A stretch of 64,000 nucleotides of DNA from Mobula hypostoma. Its lineage: Eukaryota. The notes under the pieces are model-generated. The model made no database searches, had not been told where the DNA came from, and saw only the letters and a program-made list of their open reading frames with translations. This document shows, one piece after another, positions 63,861 to 64,000 of this stretch. The translations under genes and the position numbers were made by a program. Location: the NCBI RefSeq assembly GCF_963921235.1, contig NC_086097.1, positions 188,234,001-188,298,000 on the forward strand, given 5' to 3'. Numbering within the stretch: position 1 is the stretch's first letter; each line of letters begins with the position of its first letter.

Positions 63861-64000
63861 AAATGGAAATAAAAGTTGAGGTGAAGCACTTGGCCTTTAA
63901 AACCAGCTTCATTGTTTAGTAACAACAAAGTAATCCTTAGTTTCAACTTCACCCTCCTATATTCACTCACATCAATTAAGTCTCTTGGTCTTCAAAAATC

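Noticed and set aside
57077..64000. Next CNGB3 exon (start of the cyclic nucleotide-binding domain)
   Set aside because: No GCD..MI.DML..L-type exon found; the region is almost all transposon, so the exon presumably lies beyond the window.

Overview
Vertebrate genomic DNA, most likely from a cartilaginous fish (ray/shark). That assignment is inferred from the repeat complement: HE1-type V-SINE, abundant CR1, Penelope, Rex-Babar and Nimb elements. The window lies entirely inside a + strand cyclic nucleotide-gated channel beta gene, best matching cone CNGB3. Nine consecutive GT-AG coding exons (195, 209, 51, 87, 65, 123, 142, 160, 98 bp) splice in frame and correspond to human exons 5-13. The introns are packed with nested, mostly decayed transposons: CR1, Nimb/I-group, L1, L2, Rex-Babar, HERO, RTE-like, Penelope, Gypsy/solo LTRs, hAT, mariner and Tigger. 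I found no prokaryote-type system and no convincing wholly new biological system. Best leads: (1) a TSD-flanked, ORF1-only Nimb derivative whose ORF2 is replaced by decayed coiled-coil-coding DNA; (2) a twin-priming-type 5' inverted L1; (3) a W->R change at a conserved S5 tryptophan of CNGB3; (4) Penelope-borne minimal hammerhead ribozyme relics; (5) local host DNA copied into a hAT element; (6) several hairpin/dsRNA-forming structures. Family assignments come from motif recognition, not database searches.
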